Shown: positions 1-10,135, numbered from the stretch's first letter. The stretch is DNA of 33,997 nt from an uncultured Alistipes sp. (GCA_947174295.1 CAMWIG010000001.1:1-33997); one strand, 5' to 3'. Made by a program: numbers and translations. The notes: generated by a model from the sequence alone, not told the origin.

Positions 1-30
1 CTTTTTTCGCTGATTTTATGCGGCTGCCGA

Positions 31-62
31 TTTGGCCGCAAGCGAAATTTTGATTAACTTTG
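31..62 (+). promoter_or_regulatory. Bacteroidota sigma-A promoter for the SusR-like regulator
   Basis: TTTG (31-34), 20 nt spacer, TAACTTTG (55-62); matches the TTTG-N19-21-TAnnTTTG consensus. It overlaps the TTG start of the ORF track, so the true start is probably downstream. Confidence 0.7.
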
Positions 63-86
63 AGAATGAATCAACCGAAAGCCACG

Positions 87-1754
87 ATGAAGCGTTTTTT
101 TGCGATACTGACCGTTCTGCTGCTGCCGTACAGCGGCTTCGCCATCTCTGCGGAGCTCGATTCGCTGCTCACCGAACTCGACCGCACGATCGACCGGCGC
201 GAGCACTACCGAGCAATCCGCGAGGAGAGAATAAGCTACCTTAAATCGGTTCTCACGGGAATAGCGGACAATCGCACGCAGCTCTACAACGTAAACTCAA
301 TGCTGGCCGACACCTACGAACCGTTCCAGCTCGACTCGGCGCTGCACTACCTGAGCGAAAACCTCGCCGTAGCCGACCGCATGGGCGACACCCGCCGCCG
401 CAACGAGACCAATCTGCGCATGGCGCACCTCTACACCACCTCGGGATACTATGTCGAGGCGCGCGACATACTGCGCAAGAAAATCGACACGCTCGCCCTC
501 GACGACGAGCTTCTGGGCCGCTACTACGTCACCATGGCGCGCTACAACAACGAGAACCGCCAATACTCCCGCAACCCGCAGCTCAAATCGGACGCGCACG
601 AAGCATTCCTCTACTACACGCGCCGCATCATAGACCACTATCCGCCCGACCACGAGCGGCATCTGTGCGCCATGTACGACCTCTGCATCGACTTCGGCGA
701 GCTGGAACGCGCGGGCGAAATCGCCGACATGCTGCTCGCACGCGTCACGCCCGAGAACCTCAACTATGCGATGTACGCCTACATGAAGGCCATCGTCGAG
801 GAGCGTTCGGGCCGGTTCCAGTCGTTCAACAGCTGGCTGACGCGCTCGGCAATCGCCGACCTGCACGCAGCCATCCGCGACAACGCCTCTCTGACGAGCC
901 TCTCGAACAACCTCTTCCTCTACGACATCAACGCCGACCGCGCATTCGCCTACATCCAGGTAGCCACCAACGACGCCCTGTTCTACAACGCGCGCCTGCG
1001 CCCGTGGCAGATAGCCTCGATACTTCCGGCCATCGAGTCGTCGTACCTCACCAAACAGCGCCACCAGCTGAGAATCATCTCGTGGATGAGCATCGGCATC
1101 TCGGCGCTCTTCGTCATCGCGGGCATGATAGCCATCGTCGCCGTGCGGCGCGGCCGCCGCACCGAGCAGATGCGCCGAAAGTTGGAGCAGACCAACCTCC
1201 GCATGGAGGAGTACATACGCCGCCTGTCGGAGATAAACGACACGCAGACCGAGCTCAACAACGAAATCCGCGAGGCGAACGCCGTCAAGGAGGAGTACAT
1301 CGGTCTGTTCCTCGGCATCTGCTCCGACTACATCGACAAGATGAAGGAGTACCAGCGCTCGGTGCGCAAGCGTCTGGCCGCAGGTTCGGCCGCCGACGTA
1401 TACAAGGAGCTCGGCTCGTCGACGCTCATCGACTCCTACGTCGAGGAGTTCTACCGCACCTTCGACAACACCTTCCTCAGACTCTACCCCAACTTCGTGC
1501 AGGAGTTCAACTCGCTGCTGCGCGAGGAGGCGCGCATAGAGCTCAAAAAGGGCCGCTCGCTCAACACCGAGCTGCGCATATTCGCCCTGATACGTCTCGG
1601 CATCAACGACTCGTCGAAGATAGCCGCCCTGCTGCGCTACTCGGTCAACACCATCTACAACTACCGCGCGAAGGTGAAGAACAACGCCAGAGTCTCGCGC
1701 GAGGACTTCGAGGAGAAGATAAAAAAGATAGGTTCGTTCCAGGAGGAGCAGTAG
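87..1754 (+). CDS. SusR-like membrane-spanning transcriptional regulator (TPR-like periplasmic sensor, DUF6377, C-terminal HTH)
   Basis: Signal peptide MKRFFAILTVLLL from ATG 87, helical periplasmic region, TM helix (IISWMSIGISALFVIAGMIAIVAV), coiled coil, then NAVKEEYIGLFL...FDNTFLRLYPNFV...LNTELRIFALIRLGINDSSKIAALLRYSVNTIYNYR, typical of SusR/DUF6377. Confidence 0.9.
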   Translation: MKRFFAILTVLLLPYSGFAISAELDSLLTELDRTIDRREHYRAIREERISYLKSVLTGIADNRTQLYNVNSMLADTYEPFQLDSALHYLSENLAVADRMGDTRRRNETNLRMAHLYTTSGYYVEARDILRKKIDTLALDDELLGRYYVTMARYNNENRQYSRNPQLKSDAHEAFLYYTRRIIDHYPPDHERHLCAMYDLCIDFGELERAGEIADMLLARVTPENLNYAMYAYMKAIVEERSGRFQSFNSWLTRSAIADLHAAIRDNASLTSLSNNLFLYDINADRAFAYIQVATNDALFYNARLRPWQIASILPAIESSYLTKQRHQLRIISWMSIGISALFVIAGMIAIVAVRRGRRTEQMRRKLEQTNLRMEEYIRRLSEINDTQTELNNEIREANAVKEEYIGLFLGICSDYIDKMKEYQRSVRKRLAAGSAADVYKELGSSTLIDSYVEEFYRTFDNTFLRLYPNFVQEFNSLLREEARIELKKGRSLNTELRIFALIRLGINDSSKIAALLRYSVNTIYNYRAKVKNNARVSREDFEEKIKKIGSFQEEQ

Positions 1755-1847
1755 AAGCCTGCGAAGCGCCGGACAACCCGCCGCATGCGCGCCCGCAACC
1801 CGACGGCACCCTGCGGCTCCGGCCACCGGCCGCACCGGCACCTGCGT

Positions 1848-1876
1848 AAAAAACCGCCCCCACAAGGCGGTTTTTT
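1848..1876 (+). terminator. Rho-independent terminator after the regulator
   Basis: AAAAAACCGCC-cccacaa-GGCGGTTTTTT hairpin with U-tract. Confidence 0.7.
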
Positions 1877-1897
1877 CATGTCGGGCGGTTAACGGCA

Positions 1898-1989
1898 TCC
1901 ACTTTTTTGCCCGGCAGTCCGAAACACACAACACTGGCAATCAATCAATTGTCTTTTACAGCGAGGCATTTAATTCCACATTTTCGCCC
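1898..1989 (+). promoter_or_regulatory. Candidate SusR-like operator: 15-nt direct repeat with 77-bp period
   Basis: TCCACTTTTTTGCCC (1898-1912) and TCCACATTTTCGCCC (1975-1989), 13/15 identical, directly upstream of the PUL promoter. Confidence 0.55.
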
Positions 1990-1996
1990 CGCGGAA

Positions 1997-2027
1997 TTTG
2001 TCGGCGGAAGATTTATCCGTAATTTTA
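1997..2027 (+). promoter_or_regulatory. Probable PUL promoter
   Basis: TTTG (1997-2000), 19 nt spacer, TAATTTTA (2020-2027); near-consensus Bacteroidota promoter about 55 nt before the GH3 ATG. Confidence 0.5.
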
Positions 2028-2081
2028 TAGTACGAAAAACGAAACCCGATTTTTATTAAATTTTTAACGAATTTTACCTAT

Positions 2082-4349
2082 ATGAACCTCAGACGCAGCT
2101 TCATTCTCGGAACGACAGCCCTGCTGATTCTCGCCGGTTGCCAGGGTACGACACGCAATGCGCGGTACGATGCCCGCACCGAGCGCGAAATCGAGCGCCT
2201 GCTTTCGCAAATGACCCTCGCCGAAAAAATCGGACAGACCAACCAGCTCTCCTCCTACGGAACGGCGGAGGCCATGCACGACGTAATAGCCGAAGGCAAG
2301 GTCGGCTCCATCCTCAACGAGGTAGACCCCTACACCATCAACGCCATGCAGCGCATAGCCGTGGAGGAGAGCCGTCTCGGAATACCTCTTATTATAGGAC
2401 GCGACGTGATACACGGCTTCCGCACCGTGTTCCCCATTCCGCTGGGTCTGGCCGCGACGTTCGACCCCGAGCTCGTGGAGCAGGGGGCGCGCATCGCAGC
2501 CTTGGAGGCCACGGCCTCGGGCGTGAGGTGGACATTCTCGCCCATGCTCGACATTTCGCGCGACGCCCGCTGGGGACGCATCGCCGAAAGTTCGGGCGAG
2601 GACACCTATCTCAACAAGGTGATGGGTACGGCCATGGTTCGCGGATACCAGGGCGGCGGCGCAGGCGACCCGACCTGCATGGCGGCCTGCGCCAAGCACT
2701 TCGTCGGCTACGGAGCAGCCGAGGGAGGCCGCGACTACAACTCCACGAACATCCCGCCGCGCCAGATGCGCAACGTCTACCTGCCTCCGTTCGAGGCCTG
2801 CATCGTCGACGCCGGCGCGATGACGCTCATGACCTCGTTCAACGACAACGACGGAATACCCGCCACCGGCAACACGCATCTGCTGACCGACGTGCTGCGC
2901 AAGGAGTGGGGATTCGACGGCATGGTCGTGACCGACTGGAACTCGGCAGGCGAGATGATAGCCCACGGATTCGCCGACGACGGCAAGGATGCCGCACGCA
3001 AGGCCATCAACGCCGGTGTCGACATGGATATGATGTCGCACACGTTCGGTCTGAACCTCGAAGAGCTAATCGCCGAGGGTAAGGTCGACGAGGGCCGTCT
3101 GGACGACGCCGTGCGCAACATCCTGCGCCTGAAATTCCGACTGGGACTCTTCGACGACCCCTACGTCGACGCCGATGCGGCCCGCGACGCCTGCTACACC
3201 GAGGAGAACCTCGCCGCAGCATACCGCAGCGCCGCGGAGTCGGCCGTGCTGCTGCGCAACGAGAACAACACCCTGCCGCTCGACGCCTCGAAGCTGCGCC
3301 GCGTGCTGGTCACCGGCCCGCTGGCCGATGCTCCCTACGAACAGCTCGGCACATGGACGTTCGACGGCGAAGCGTCGCACACGGTCACCCCGCTCGCGGC
3401 TCTTCGCGAGACATACGGCGACCGCATCGCATTCGTCTTCGAACCCGCCATGGCCACGAGCCGCAGCCGCATGAGCGCCGCGCAGCTCGCCGCCGTGACC
3501 GCCAAGGCGGCACAGTGCGACGCCGTGCTCGTCTTCGCCGGCGAGGAGGCCATTCTCTCGGGCGAGGCGCACTGTCTGGCCGACCTCAACCTGCAAGGTT
3601 CGCAGAGCGACCTCATCGCAGCTGCGCGCCGCAGCGGCCGCCCCGTGGTGACGGTCATCATGGCCGGACGTCCGCTCACCGTCAAGCGCGACCTGGGCAA
3701 TATGGACGCACTGCTCTACTCGTTCCACCCCGGAACCATGGGCGGCCCGGCAATCGCCGACATTCTCTTCGGCAAGGTCTCGCCGAGCGGCAAGCTCCCC
3801 GCGACGTTCCCCGTGGCCGCGGGTCAGATTCCCATGCACTACAACCGCAACATGACCGGCCGTCCCGCCAGCGGCACGGAGGTTCTGCTCGACGACATAG
3901 TCCCCGGTGCGGGCCAGACGTCGCTCGGCTGCTCCTCCTACATGCTCGACACGGGCTTCGCGCCGCTCTTCCCCTTCGGATACGGACTCTCCTACACGAC
4001 CTTCGAGTACTCACGCCCCGAGCTCGACGCCGAGAGCTACTCCGCCGACGGCACGATTCGCGCCGCCTGCACGCTGCGCAACAGCGGCAGCCGCGACGCC
4101 GAGGAGGTCGTACAGCTCTACGTCCGCGACATGGTGGGCTCCGTCACCCGCCCAATCAAGGAGCTGAAAGCATTCCGCCGCGTGGCCGTACCGGCCGGCG
4201 AGACGGTGCGCGTAGAGATAGAGCTTCCCGTCGCGGAGCTGGCATTCTGGAACATCGACATGGAGCGCACGGTCGAGCCAGGCGAATTCCGCCTCTGGAT
4301 GGCCGGCGACAGCGACTCGGGTGAATACGCAACATTCCACGTAAAATAA
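2082..4349 (+). CDS. GH3 beta-glucosidase (BglX-like), lipoprotein
   Basis: Lipobox LAGC; QMTLAEKIGQ, SRLGIPLIIGRDVIHG, RDARWGRIAESSGED, CAKHFVGYG, nucleophile motif VVTDW, PSGKLP, LFPFGYGLSYTTFEY and a C-terminal Fn3-like domain. Confidence 0.95.
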   Translation: MNLRRSFILGTTALLILAGCQGTTRNARYDARTEREIERLLSQMTLAEKIGQTNQLSSYGTAEAMHDVIAEGKVGSILNEVDPYTINAMQRIAVEESRLGIPLIIGRDVIHGFRTVFPIPLGLAATFDPELVEQGARIAALEATASGVRWTFSPMLDISRDARWGRIAESSGEDTYLNKVMGTAMVRGYQGGGAGDPTCMAACAKHFVGYGAAEGGRDYNSTNIPPRQMRNVYLPPFEACIVDAGAMTLMTSFNDNDGIPATGNTHLLTDVLRKEWGFDGMVVTDWNSAGEMIAHGFADDGKDAARKAINAGVDMDMMSHTFGLNLEELIAEGKVDEGRLDDAVRNILRLKFRLGLFDDPYVDADAARDACYTEENLAAAYRSAAESAVLLRNENNTLPLDASKLRRVLVTGPLADAPYEQLGTWTFDGEASHTVTPLAALRETYGDRIAFVFEPAMATSRSRMSAAQLAAVTAKAAQCDAVLVFAGEEAILSGEAHCLADLNLQGSQSDLIAAARRSGRPVVTVIMAGRPLTVKRDLGNMDALLYSFHPGTMGGPAIADILFGKVSPSGKLPATFPVAAGQIPMHYNRNMTGRPASGTEVLLDDIVPGAGQTSLGCSSYMLDTGFAPLFPFGYGLSYTTFEYSRPELDAESYSADGTIRAACTLRNSGSRDAEEVVQLYVRDMVGSVTRPIKELKAFRRVAVPAGETVRVEIELPVAELAFWNIDMERTVEPGEFRLWMAGDSDSGEYATFHVK

Positions 4350-4356
4350 CTGACCT

Positions 4357-7300
4357 ATGAAAAAACTAATACTCATTGTCTGCTCGCTGCTGTGCGCCCT
4401 GACGGTCGCGGCACAGAGCATCACGGTGCAGGGTACGGTCACTTCGGCCGATGACGGAGAGCCTCTCCCCGGCGTCACCGTCATGATTAAGGGTACCTTC
4501 AACGGCATCTCGACCGACCTCGACGGCGGCTACAAGATTGCCGTGCCCAAGGGGGGGGGAATTTTAGTATTCTCCTACATCGGGTACAAGAACCGTGAAA
4601 TAAAGGTATCTCCCGCCGCAACCGTCGTCGACGTCGCGCTCGAATCCGACGCGATGATGCTCGACGAAGTAGTCGCAATCGGTTACGGCGTAATGCGCAA
4701 GAGCGACCTTACGGGCGCCGTAGCGTCGATTAGCGCAGACCAGCTCAAAAAGACCCCCGCGGCGGGTCTCGACCAGGCTCTCCAAGGCCGCGCGGCAGGC
4801 GTCACGGTCAACGCCAACTCCGGACAGCCGGGCGCCGCGGCCGACGTCCGCATCCGCGGTATCGGCACGGTCAACGACAGCTCTCCGATATATGTCGTCG
4901 ACGGAGTAATCACCAGCGACATCAACTATCTTAACGCGAACGACATCGCGTCGACCGAAATCCTCAAAGACGCGTCGTCGACGGCAATCTACGGTTCGCG
5001 AGGCGCCAACGGTGTAATCATCATCACCACCAAGAACGGCAGCGCCAACTCCAAAATCAACATCGACTTCAACGCCTACGTCGGTATCCAGAACCGCTGG
5101 AACAAACTCGACCTGATGGGCACCGACGAGTTCTCGAAGACGCTCGTCGCAATCTCCGGCAGCAACTCCGAACGCAAATACTTCGAGGCGAACGGCCTGA
5201 ACGAGTGGCTGTCGATGTACCGAATCGGCAACACGGCCGGAATGGCCGTGCCGCGCACGAGCCGCACGCCCGACGGTCTGGACTATTCGAAAATCGACAC
5301 CGACTGGCAGGACGAAGTATTCCGCAAGAACGCCGTCATCCAGAACTACCACCTCTCGCTCTCGGGCGGCAGCGACAAGACCACCTACGCCCTGTCGGGC
5401 AGCTGGTTCAGTCAGGACGGCACCATCATGGGCTCGTCGTTCGAGCGCCTCACGCTGCGCGCCAACTCCACGTACACGGTCTCCAAGTGGCTCAAAGTCG
5501 GCGAAAATCTCTCGCTCGTCACCACCAAGAGCCGCTGGGCCATGGTCAACAGCTCGTCGCCCGGCGCCTCGATTCTCTCGGCCGCAATCGCCATGTCGCC
5601 GTGGGACCCCACCCACTACCCCGAGGGCGCCTACGACGCGGCCGGCACCGACCTGAGCGGCTGCATCACGCCGAGCACCAACTTCAAGAACGTAGTCAAC
5701 CCCTTCTCCATGGTCGAGCACTCGCATCCCGACAACCGCGGCGAGCGCTGGATAGGCAACATCTTCCTCGAAATACAGCCCGTCAAGGGTCTCACGTTCC
5801 GTTCGGAGGTGAGCATGGACCTCGCATACAACCGCAACCGCGAGTTCAAGGAGGCCTATTTCCACTCGAACTACGACAAGATGGACAAGAACTTCCTGTC
5901 GAGCTCCATGGAGCGATACCTGACCATGCACTACGACAACACGCTGACCTACCGCGGCGACTGGGGACGCCACAGCCTGACGGCCATGGTCGGCCAGACC
6001 ACCGAGGAGTGGCAGTACTACTCCATCGGCGGCAGCGGCTCGTCGATTCTCAACCCGACACCCAACAACTGGTATATCAGCAACACCACCGCCGACCGCA
6101 ATTCGGCCAGCGACTCGGCCCAGCGCACGCGCATGGTCTCGCTGCTCGGCCGTCTGCACTACGCCTACGACAACCGCTACCTCATAACGCTGAACTTCCG
6201 CGCCGACGGCTCGTCGAAGTTCCCCAACCATCTGTGGGGCTACTTCCCATCGACGGCCGTGGCATGGCGCATCTCCGAGGAGAAGTGGCTGCGCGACAGC
6301 GACATTCTCGACAATCTCAAACTGCGCGCCGGCTGGGGCCAAATCGGCAATGACAAAATCGCTCAGGGCAGCTTCACCATGAGCATGGCCTCCTCCACCG
6401 GCTGGGGCTACGGATATCCGTTCGGCGGCATCGTCGGCTCGGTGTCGGACATCACGCCCGGAGCCACCATCGCCACCATCGTCAACCAGGGCGGCATGTG
6501 GGAGTCCACCGAGCAGTGGAACGTCGGCGTGGACTTCGGTCTGTGGGGCGGCAAGCTGACCGGTACGGTCGACGCATTCCTGCGCGACACCAAGGACATG
6601 CTCCTCACGGTCAAGGCGCCCGGACACGTCGGCACGCGCTTCGACTCGACGGCCAACGTCGGCACGGTGCGCAACCAGGGTATAGAAATCACCCTCGGCC
6701 ACTCTAACCGCATCGGCGAGTTGAGCTACGCCATCGGCGGCAACGTGTCGTTCATCAAGAACGAGCTCACGGCGCTCAACGGCGGCGAACGCGTCGACGG
6801 CACCTACAACATGTGCGACGTAGGGCTGCCCCTGTTCGCACTGTGGGGCTACAAGTACGAAGGCATCTACCGCACCGAAGAGGAGATTCTCTCGCACCTC
6901 TACACCTACACCTCGGAGACCCTTCCCGTAGGTCCCGGCTCGGAGCGCTTCGCCGACCTGAACCGCGACGGCAAAATAGGCAACGAAGACCTCACGCAGA
7001 TAGGCAATCCGTTCCCGTGGCTGACCTACGGTCTGAACTTCGACTTCGAGTGGAAGGGCATCGACCTGGGCATCTTCTTCCAGGGCGTCTACGGCAACGA
7101 CATCTTCAACGGAGTGCGCATGCGCACCGAGGGTACGGGCAACGACGCCACGCTGAGCACGGCGATGCGCGACGTGTGGACTACGTCGAACCCCGACGGT
7201 TCGATTCCGAGTCCGAAGTCGCCCTACCACAGCGCCTCGTCGAGCCGCTATGTCGAGGACGGTTCGTACCTGCGTCTGAAAAACCTGACCATAGGCTACA

Positions 7301-7485
7301 CGCTCCCCGAAAAGTGGACCAAGAAGATGCGCATCAACCGCTGGCGATTCTACGTCTCGATGAACAACCTGTTCACCGTGACGGGCTACACGGGCTACGA
7401 CCCCGAGGTCGGAACCAACGGACTCGACTGGGGCAACTACCCGCAGTCGCGCACCTTCATGTTCGGTACGAATATTAACTTCTAA
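4357..7485 (+). CDS. susC: SusC/RagA-family TonB-dependent transporter
   Basis: N-terminal carboxypeptidase-regulatory-like domain, LDEVVAIGYG, KSDLTGAVAS, ILKDASSTAIYGSRGANGVIIITTK plug signature, VEDGSYLRLKNLTIGYTLP and C-terminal YPQSRTFMFGTNINF. Confidence 0.97.
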   Translation: MKKLILIVCSLLCALTVAAQSITVQGTVTSADDGEPLPGVTVMIKGTFNGISTDLDGGYKIAVPKGGGILVFSYIGYKNREIKVSPAATVVDVALESDAMMLDEVVAIGYGVMRKSDLTGAVASISADQLKKTPAAGLDQALQGRAAGVTVNANSGQPGAAADVRIRGIGTVNDSSPIYVVDGVITSDINYLNANDIASTEILKDASSTAIYGSRGANGVIIITTKNGSANSKINIDFNAYVGIQNRWNKLDLMGTDEFSKTLVAISGSNSERKYFEANGLNEWLSMYRIGNTAGMAVPRTSRTPDGLDYSKIDTDWQDEVFRKNAVIQNYHLSLSGGSDKTTYALSGSWFSQDGTIMGSSFERLTLRANSTYTVSKWLKVGENLSLVTTKSRWAMVNSSSPGASILSAAIAMSPWDPTHYPEGAYDAAGTDLSGCITPSTNFKNVVNPFSMVEHSHPDNRGERWIGNIFLEIQPVKGLTFRSEVSMDLAYNRNREFKEAYFHSNYDKMDKNFLSSSMERYLTMHYDNTLTYRGDWGRHSLTAMVGQTTEEWQYYSIGGSGSSILNPTPNNWYISNTTADRNSASDSAQRTRMVSLLGRLHYAYDNRYLITLNFRADGSSKFPNHLWGYFPSTAVAWRISEEKWLRDSDILDNLKLRAGWGQIGNDKIAQGSFTMSMASSTGWGYGYPFGGIVGSVSDITPGATIATIVNQGGMWESTEQWNVGVDFGLWGGKLTGTVDAFLRDTKDMLLTVKAPGHVGTRFDSTANVGTVRNQGIEITLGHSNRIGELSYAIGGNVSFIKNELTALNGGERVDGTYNMCDVGLPLFALWGYKYEGIYRTEEEILSHLYTYTSETLPVGPGSERFADLNRDGKIGNEDLTQIGNPFPWLTYGLNFDFEWKGIDLGIFFQGVYGNDIFNGVRMRTEGTGNDATLSTAMRDVWTTSNPDGSIPSPKSPYHSASSSRYVEDGSYLRLKNLTIGYTLPEKWTKKMRINRWRFYVSMNNLFTVTGYTGYDPEVGTNGLDWGNYPQSRTFMFGTNINF

Positions 7486-7497
7486 CAGGCTATCTCA

Positions 7498-9045
7498 ATG
7501 AAAAAGATATTTTTCGCGGCACTCGCAGTGTCGACGATCGGGCTTGCCTCATGCCACGACTGGCTCACCGAAGAGGCTCCCGGCACGACGAAATACAAGG
7601 ACTTCTTCACCTCGGGCGAGACGGCCGTGCAGGTAACGACGGCAGCATACGTACCTCTGCTCTGGGAGTACAACAAAACATACTATCCCGAGTGGTTCAT
7701 CGGCGACGTCATGTCGGACGACGCCCTCAAAGGCGGCCAGAACCTCACGGACATGTCGACGGTCTACTTCCTCGAAAACTTCAAGACCGTGCCCGACAAC
7801 GACCTTCTACTCGACTTCTACCGCGCGCAGTATCAGGGCATCACCCGCGCCAATCTGGTGCTGCAAAACGTGCCCGACGTCGCGGGCGACGAACTGCTCA
7901 CCGACCGTCTGCGCTCGCGTCTGCTGGGCGAGGCGCACTTCCTGCGCGCCTACTACTACTTCCGCCTGGTGCGCTGCTTCGGCGGAGTGCCCCGCATCGA
8001 GACCGTCATCGACGACGCCGGCCGCTGGAAGCAGCCGCGCGCCACGGCCGAGTCGATTTACGAGCTCATCCTGAGCGACCTCGCCTTCGCCGAGAAGAAC
8101 CTCTGGCACAAGAGCGAGTACGAGCGCACCGACCTCGGCCGCGCCACGATAGGCGCCGCGCAGGCCATGCTGATGAAGGTCAACCTCTACCGCCACGACT
8201 ACGCCGAGGCGCGCCGCTGGGGCGCCGAGCTGATGAAGACGGCCGACGAGCTGGGCGAATACTCGCTCTGCCCCGTCTATGCCGACAACTTCACCGTCGA
8301 GGGCGAGAACGGCCCCGAGTCGATATTCGAATTGCAGTACGCCGCCGTCTCGTGGGGCGACTACGGCGACTCCTACATCGGCGGCAACTGCGCCACGGCC
8401 GGAACCTTCTCCACGGTTCTCATGCGTTCGCGGTCGAGCAAGCTCGGAGGCGGCTGGGGCTTCAACAAGCCCACGCAGAATCTCTACGACGAGTTCGAGG
8501 AGGGCGACCTGCGCCGCGACGTGGCGATATACAATCCGGCGGACGAGAACATGTCGTCGCCGAGCGAGGAGATCTACCTCGGCTCGCGCTACATCAACGG
8601 CAAGTACACCCTCATGGGCGAGGACGGACTGCCGCTTCCGCTGGCCGACAGCCACGCCTCGCGCGGCGAGCTCAACAACCGCCAGATACGCTTCGCCGAC
8701 GCACTGCTGATGTACGCCGAGGCGTGCCTCGAAAGCGGCGAAGACCTCGACAAGGGCGCCGAAGCGCTCAACCGTGTACGCCGCCGCGTGAATCTCGGCG
8801 ATGTGGCCCTCACGCGCGAGAATCTGCGCCACGAGCGCCGCGTGGAGCTGGCGATGGAGGGTCACCGCTGGTTCGACCTCGTGCGCTGGGGCATCGCCAA
8901 GCAGACGATGGACGCCTACAAGGCCTGCGAGAGCGACGAAGCACGCGCCGAGATGGGCGAATTCGTCGCCGGCAAGCACGAGCTGCTGCCGATTCCGGCC
9001 GAAGAGGTGCGCCTCGGAGGTCTGGAACAGAACCCCATGTATTGA
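7498..9045 (+). CDS. susD: SusD/RagB-family glycan-binding lipoprotein
   Basis: Lipobox LASC; GEAHFLRAYYYFRLVRCFGGVP, IRFADALLMYAEA, ERRVELAMEGHRWFDLVRWG and C-terminal QNPMY; directly after susC. Confidence 0.96.
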   Translation: MKKIFFAALAVSTIGLASCHDWLTEEAPGTTKYKDFFTSGETAVQVTTAAYVPLLWEYNKTYYPEWFIGDVMSDDALKGGQNLTDMSTVYFLENFKTVPDNDLLLDFYRAQYQGITRANLVLQNVPDVAGDELLTDRLRSRLLGEAHFLRAYYYFRLVRCFGGVPRIETVIDDAGRWKQPRATAESIYELILSDLAFAEKNLWHKSEYERTDLGRATIGAAQAMLMKVNLYRHDYAEARRWGAELMKTADELGEYSLCPVYADNFTVEGENGPESIFELQYAAVSWGDYGDSYIGGNCATAGTFSTVLMRSRSSKLGGGWGFNKPTQNLYDEFEEGDLRRDVAIYNPADENMSSPSEEIYLGSRYINGKYTLMGEDGLPLPLADSHASRGELNNRQIRFADALLMYAEACLESGEDLDKGAEALNRVRRRVNLGDVALTRENLRHERRVELAMEGHRWFDLVRWGIAKQTMDAYKACESDEARAEMGEFVAGKHELLPIPAEEVRLGGLEQNPMY

Positions 9046-9100
9046 TACACAATCGGATTTTCTCTGAAACATTTACTAACTAATTTAAAACCTTTCGATT

Positions 9101-10135
9101 ATGAAAAAATTGATGTTCATGTTCGCCGCAATGGCGACGATGGCTTTCGCAGCTTGCGGAAGCGACGACAACGGCGGTAACGAGCCCGGTGGAAAGCAGC
9201 GTCTCGCAACTCCCGCCCCCAAAGCCGAGGAGGTGACCGAGACTTCGTTCAAGGTGGCGTGGGCTGCCGTGGCCAATGCCGACAGCTACGTTTACACCGT
9301 GAACAACGGTGCCGAGAAGACCACCCTCACTCCTTCGGCTACCGTCGACGGTCTGAGCGCCAACACCGCCTACACCTTCAAGGTGAAGGCCGTTCCCGCC
9401 GACACCGACAAGTACAGCGAGTCGGCATGGGGCGAGGTCAAGGTCACGACCAAGGAGAGCGAAGGTCCTATCGTCGGCCCGGGCGATGTTCCCGAGTGCC
9501 TGAAAGGCAACAGCTACCTGCTCGTAGTTCTCGGCGAGGGTACCAAGGAGATGATTCCCGCTGAGAACATCGCAGCCGACTGGCGCACCAACGACTACAC
9601 CTGCTTCAACTACGTATGGAACGGCTACTACGGCAACGAGGCTGCGGCAGGTCCCAACTCGTGCGGCGTATTCGAGGGCTGGACGGCTCTGGTAACCGAC
9701 GGCGGATGGGCAGGCGGCGGCTACTGCTGCGGCGTGATTCCGGCCGACAACGCAGCCGACGGCAATGCCGTTCTGGCACAGATGAACGAGTGGCTGCCCA
9801 AGACCACCTCGGAGGAGGGCTGGTACCTGCACTTCGCGATGAAGAGCCCCGAGGGCGACAACCTCGTACACGCAATCCGCCTCTATCCTATCGGCGGCGA
9901 CGCGGTAGAGCTCAAAATCGGCGTTCCGGGCGACGGCAACGAGTTCAGCTACACCCGCGACGGCGACTGGCACGAGTTCGACGTACCGATGAGCTCGCTG
10001 GTGGCCAAGGGCTGCGTATTCCGCAACGGCGACTACACCAAGGGCGAGAATGTCGTGGGCTACGGTGCCGTCGCAGACCCCGTGCCGGCAGGCAAGGAGC
10101 TCAACCTCGACGCAGTATTCTTCTACAAGAAGTAA
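9101..10135 (+). CDS. Surface lipoprotein with FN3 domain and putative glycan-binding domain (SGBP-B position)
   Basis: Lipobox FAAC followed by an acidic stretch (GSDDN); FN3 pattern (VTETSFKVAWAAV...DGLSANTAYTFKVKAV); Trp/Tyr-rich C-terminal domain with RDGDWHEFDVPM; located immediately after susD. Confidence 0.75.
   Translation: MKKLMFMFAAMATMAFAACGSDDNGGNEPGGKQRLATPAPKAEEVTETSFKVAWAAVANADSYVYTVNNGAEKTTLTPSATVDGLSANTAYTFKVKAVPADTDKYSESAWGEVKVTTKESEGPIVGPGDVPECLKGNSYLLVVLGEGTKEMIPAENIAADWRTNDYTCFNYVWNGYYGNEAAAGPNSCGVFEGWTALVTDGGWAGGGYCCGVIPADNAADGNAVLAQMNEWLPKTTSEEGWYLHFAMKSPEGDNLVHAIRLYPIGGDAVELKIGVPGDGNEFSYTRDGDWHEFDVPMSSLVAKGCVFRNGDYTKGENVVGYGAVADPVPAGKELNLDAVFFYKK

Noticed and set aside
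4564-7230. Long antisense and alternate-frame ORFs (for example 4564-7230, 297-1940, 15517-17943, 30952-32886, 23397-25088)
   Set aside because: They shadow well-supported genes and have no recognisable motifs. They are expected from strong GC3 codon bias, which depletes stop codons in other frames.
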